Shown piece by piece: positions 62,494 to 64,000 of a stretch of 64,000 nt of DNA. Positions within the stretch are counted from its first letter, which is position 1; each line of letters begins with the position of its first letter. The notes under the pieces are model-generated. The model ran no database searches. It was not told the origin of the DNA and saw nothing but the letters and a program-made list of their open reading frames with translations. A program made the translations under genes and the position numbers. This DNA is from an uncultured Candidatus Saccharibacteria bacterium (GTDB lineage Bacteria; Patescibacteriota; Minisyncoccia; Phycocordibacterales; UBA918), in the NCBI GenBank assembly GCA_964643955.1, contig CAZXUO010000003.1, positions 19,865 through 83,864 of the forward strand. The letters are read 5' to 3'.

Positions 62494-63162
62494 GTGAACG
62501 CTCGTAAGAAAAAAGAGCGCACGCTCCGCGTGCGGGCAATGAATCGTATTCTCAAACGGCTTTATCCGGAGGCGTTGATCGCGCTCAATTTCTCAAATCC
62601 TTGGGAGCTTATGGTCGCGGTGCAGCTCTCCGCGCAGTGTACTGATAAGCGAGTCAATCAGGTGACGGAGAAACTATTTAAAAAGTATCCGACACTTGAT
62701 GACTATGTGAAGGCGAAGCCACGGGAATTCGAGAAGGATATTTTCACGTGCGGCTTCTATAAAAACAAAACAAAAAATATCCTCGCTGCTGCAAAGATCG
62801 TCGCGCGAGATTTTGGTGGTGAAATCCCGCGGACAATGCCCGAGCTCCTCGCGCTTCCCGGAGTTGCACGAAAGACTGCCAATGTCGTGCTCTCAAACTT
62901 GTATGAGACGGCGGAGGGAATTGCGGTTGATACGCACGTAAGGCGCTTCGCAATACGGTTCGGTCTCTCTGACTTCACTGACCCCGTACGTATTGAGCGG
63001 GATTTGATGGAAATAATGCCAAAGAGTGAGTGGTGGATGTTCAATCATCGCCTTGTCCACTATGGGCGTGATATCTGTCCTGCGCGCATCCATGATTGTG
63101 AAGCGCATCCATTGACAAAAGTCTATCCCAAGGCTGCAATGCTGTGGCCGAAAGCGCACTAG
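62494..63162 (+). CDS. nth: Endonuclease III
   Basis: HhH-GPD 'LPGVARKTANVVL' and the [4Fe-4S] cluster loop 'CPARIHDCEAHPL'. Confidence 0.85.
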   Translation: MNARKKKERTLRVRAMNRILKRLYPEALIALNFSNPWELMVAVQLSAQCTDKRVNQVTEKLFKKYPTLDDYVKAKPREFEKDIFTCGFYKNKTKNILAAAKIVARDFGGEIPRTMPELLALPGVARKTANVVLSNLYETAEGIAVDTHVRRFAIRFGLSDFTDPVRIERDLMEIMPKSEWWMFNHRLVHYGRDICPARIHDCEAHPLTKVYPKAAMLWPKAH

Positions 63163-63226
63163 GCGCCCTGTCCGTGCCAAAAACTCCCGGCGGTGGTATA
63201 GTGCAGCCACTTCTTATACGACACGT

Positions 63227-64000
63227 TATGCGGGTACTTCTGGCTGTCATCGACGATCTCTACACCTTTGCCGTTTATATGCTTTTCGGTTGGTATGCTG
63301 ATCGCACACCGACACAGCCACTCTATTTACCGACGCCGCGCGTGCAAGTGCTCTCGACGACTGTTTCTCCACGTACGTTGCTCGAACAAAATCCTGAAGA
63401 GCCTGCCGTGCAGTTTGCGGATGCAGATGTCGTCATCACTGACGGATTGCCGAAGAAAAATACGATCGTGTATTGTGCGCGTGAATTTGTGCCGATGCGT
63501 ACGACGTCTGATGCTTCGCACGATACAGAGATCGCCACACTTTCGTACGGTGATATGCTCATGGTGCTTGATGCGGGAGAAGAGTGGTCGTATGTCGCAT
63601 TTGGAAATAAACAAGGCTACGTACCGACTGCAACGCTCGCACATACTGCTGCAGAGGTATATCCAGATTTTGAGATCGGTGTTGAATACGGCCCGCGCAA
63701 CGCAAGTACGGTCCGTCTCCGGTATGTGATTCGTGATGAGTTTTCTGCAAGTCTCAGCCAGCTTCCATTGCAGGCGCATGAGTATGCGTACTACAAACTT
63801 CTCCGAAGAAGTGTGCGGATTGCGTGGCCAGACATCCGTCCGCGTACGCCGGGTTCGTGGACACGAATTCTTTCGCTCTTGGACGGCGTTACGGTGGGGC
63901 ATGTGCCGACGGTGGGTGCGGTTATGGAGTTTACGCTCCACGATGGAAAGGCGCATCTCGCGTACGTTGAAAAGGTTTTCCCCGATCTCTCGATTCAGGT
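63227..64000 (+). CDS. Hypothetical protein with SH3b-like segment, 3'-partial (runs off the window)
   Basis: Open frame from the ATG at 63227 to the window end with ordinary composition ('GDMLMVLDAGEEWSYVAFGNKQGYVP' is SH3b-like). The overlapping minus-strand ORF is Arg-rich antisense. Confidence 0.45.

Noticed and set aside
63327-63956. 209-aa minus-strand ORF
   Set aside because: Arg-rich antisense artefact (about a quarter Arg). The plus-strand frame from 63227 has normal composition and domain-like segments.
1-64000. CRISPR arrays, rRNA genes, intact IS transposases
   Set aside because: No regularly spaced direct repeats with unique spacers, no 16S/23S/5S-like stretches and no DDE transposase ORF were found. 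The only mobile-element protein signal is the recombinase fragment at 19635–19976.

Overview
This 64 kb window is gene-dense bacterial chromosomal DNA of about 50% GC with 1–40 bp intergenic spacers and overlapping ATGA start/stop junctions. It uses the standard genetic code: a release factor 2 is present and TGA is used as a stop. The content (membrane-anchored NirK, many secreted/cell-surface proteins with peptidoglycan-binding, PKD, IPT, LRR and LamG domains, short proteins, weak or absent Shine-Dalgarno sequences) is compatible with a small-genome, possibly CPR/Patescibacteria-like bacterium. That placement is inference only.

Housekeeping block: RF2 (prfB), ftsE/ftsX, pyrG, typA, nth, three tRNAs (Thr-CGU, Thr-GGU, Gln-UUG), a NUDIX hydrolase, an OmpR-type two-component pair, a P-type ATPase, a Zur–ZupT zinc module and a DsbA-like/DsbB pair.

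Five accessory regions stand out:
- A hot spot at tRNA-Gln. A 63%-GC islet sits upstream. Downstream, three copies of a roughly 75–150 bp repeat bracket two cargo genes: a membrane-anchored cytochrome b5 / NirS-type d1 beta-propeller fusion and an LD-carboxypeptidase.
- A B12 module on the minus strand: nrdJ, a PduO-type adenosyltransferase, a DUF4430 B12-binding surface protein and an ECF S-component-like membrane protein.
- An arsR–nirK operon. NirK has an N-terminal membrane anchor whose start (MELFSY) is shared with the NirS-like protein.
- A periplasmic methionine-repair module: a thioredoxin-like protein with a Met-rich linker followed by a CcdA-MsrA-MsrB fusion.
- The most unusual candidate: a tightly coupled six-gene operon (33001–38741) encoding a PqqD-like RiPP-recognition-element protein, a GT2, an HPr-kinase-related P-loop kinase, an ABC exporter, a second GT2 and an NTP_transf_5 nucleotidyltransferase. 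It resembles the computationally defined but uncharacterised 'HPr-rel-A' peptide-modification system.

A recurrent extended −10 motif (TGnTATACT/TATAAT) lies 6–9 nt upstream of many ATG starts with no Shine-Dalgarno sequence, suggesting widespread leaderless mRNAs. No rRNA, CRISPR array or intact IS/transposase was seen. One degraded serine-recombinase fragment lies in a low-GC islet.
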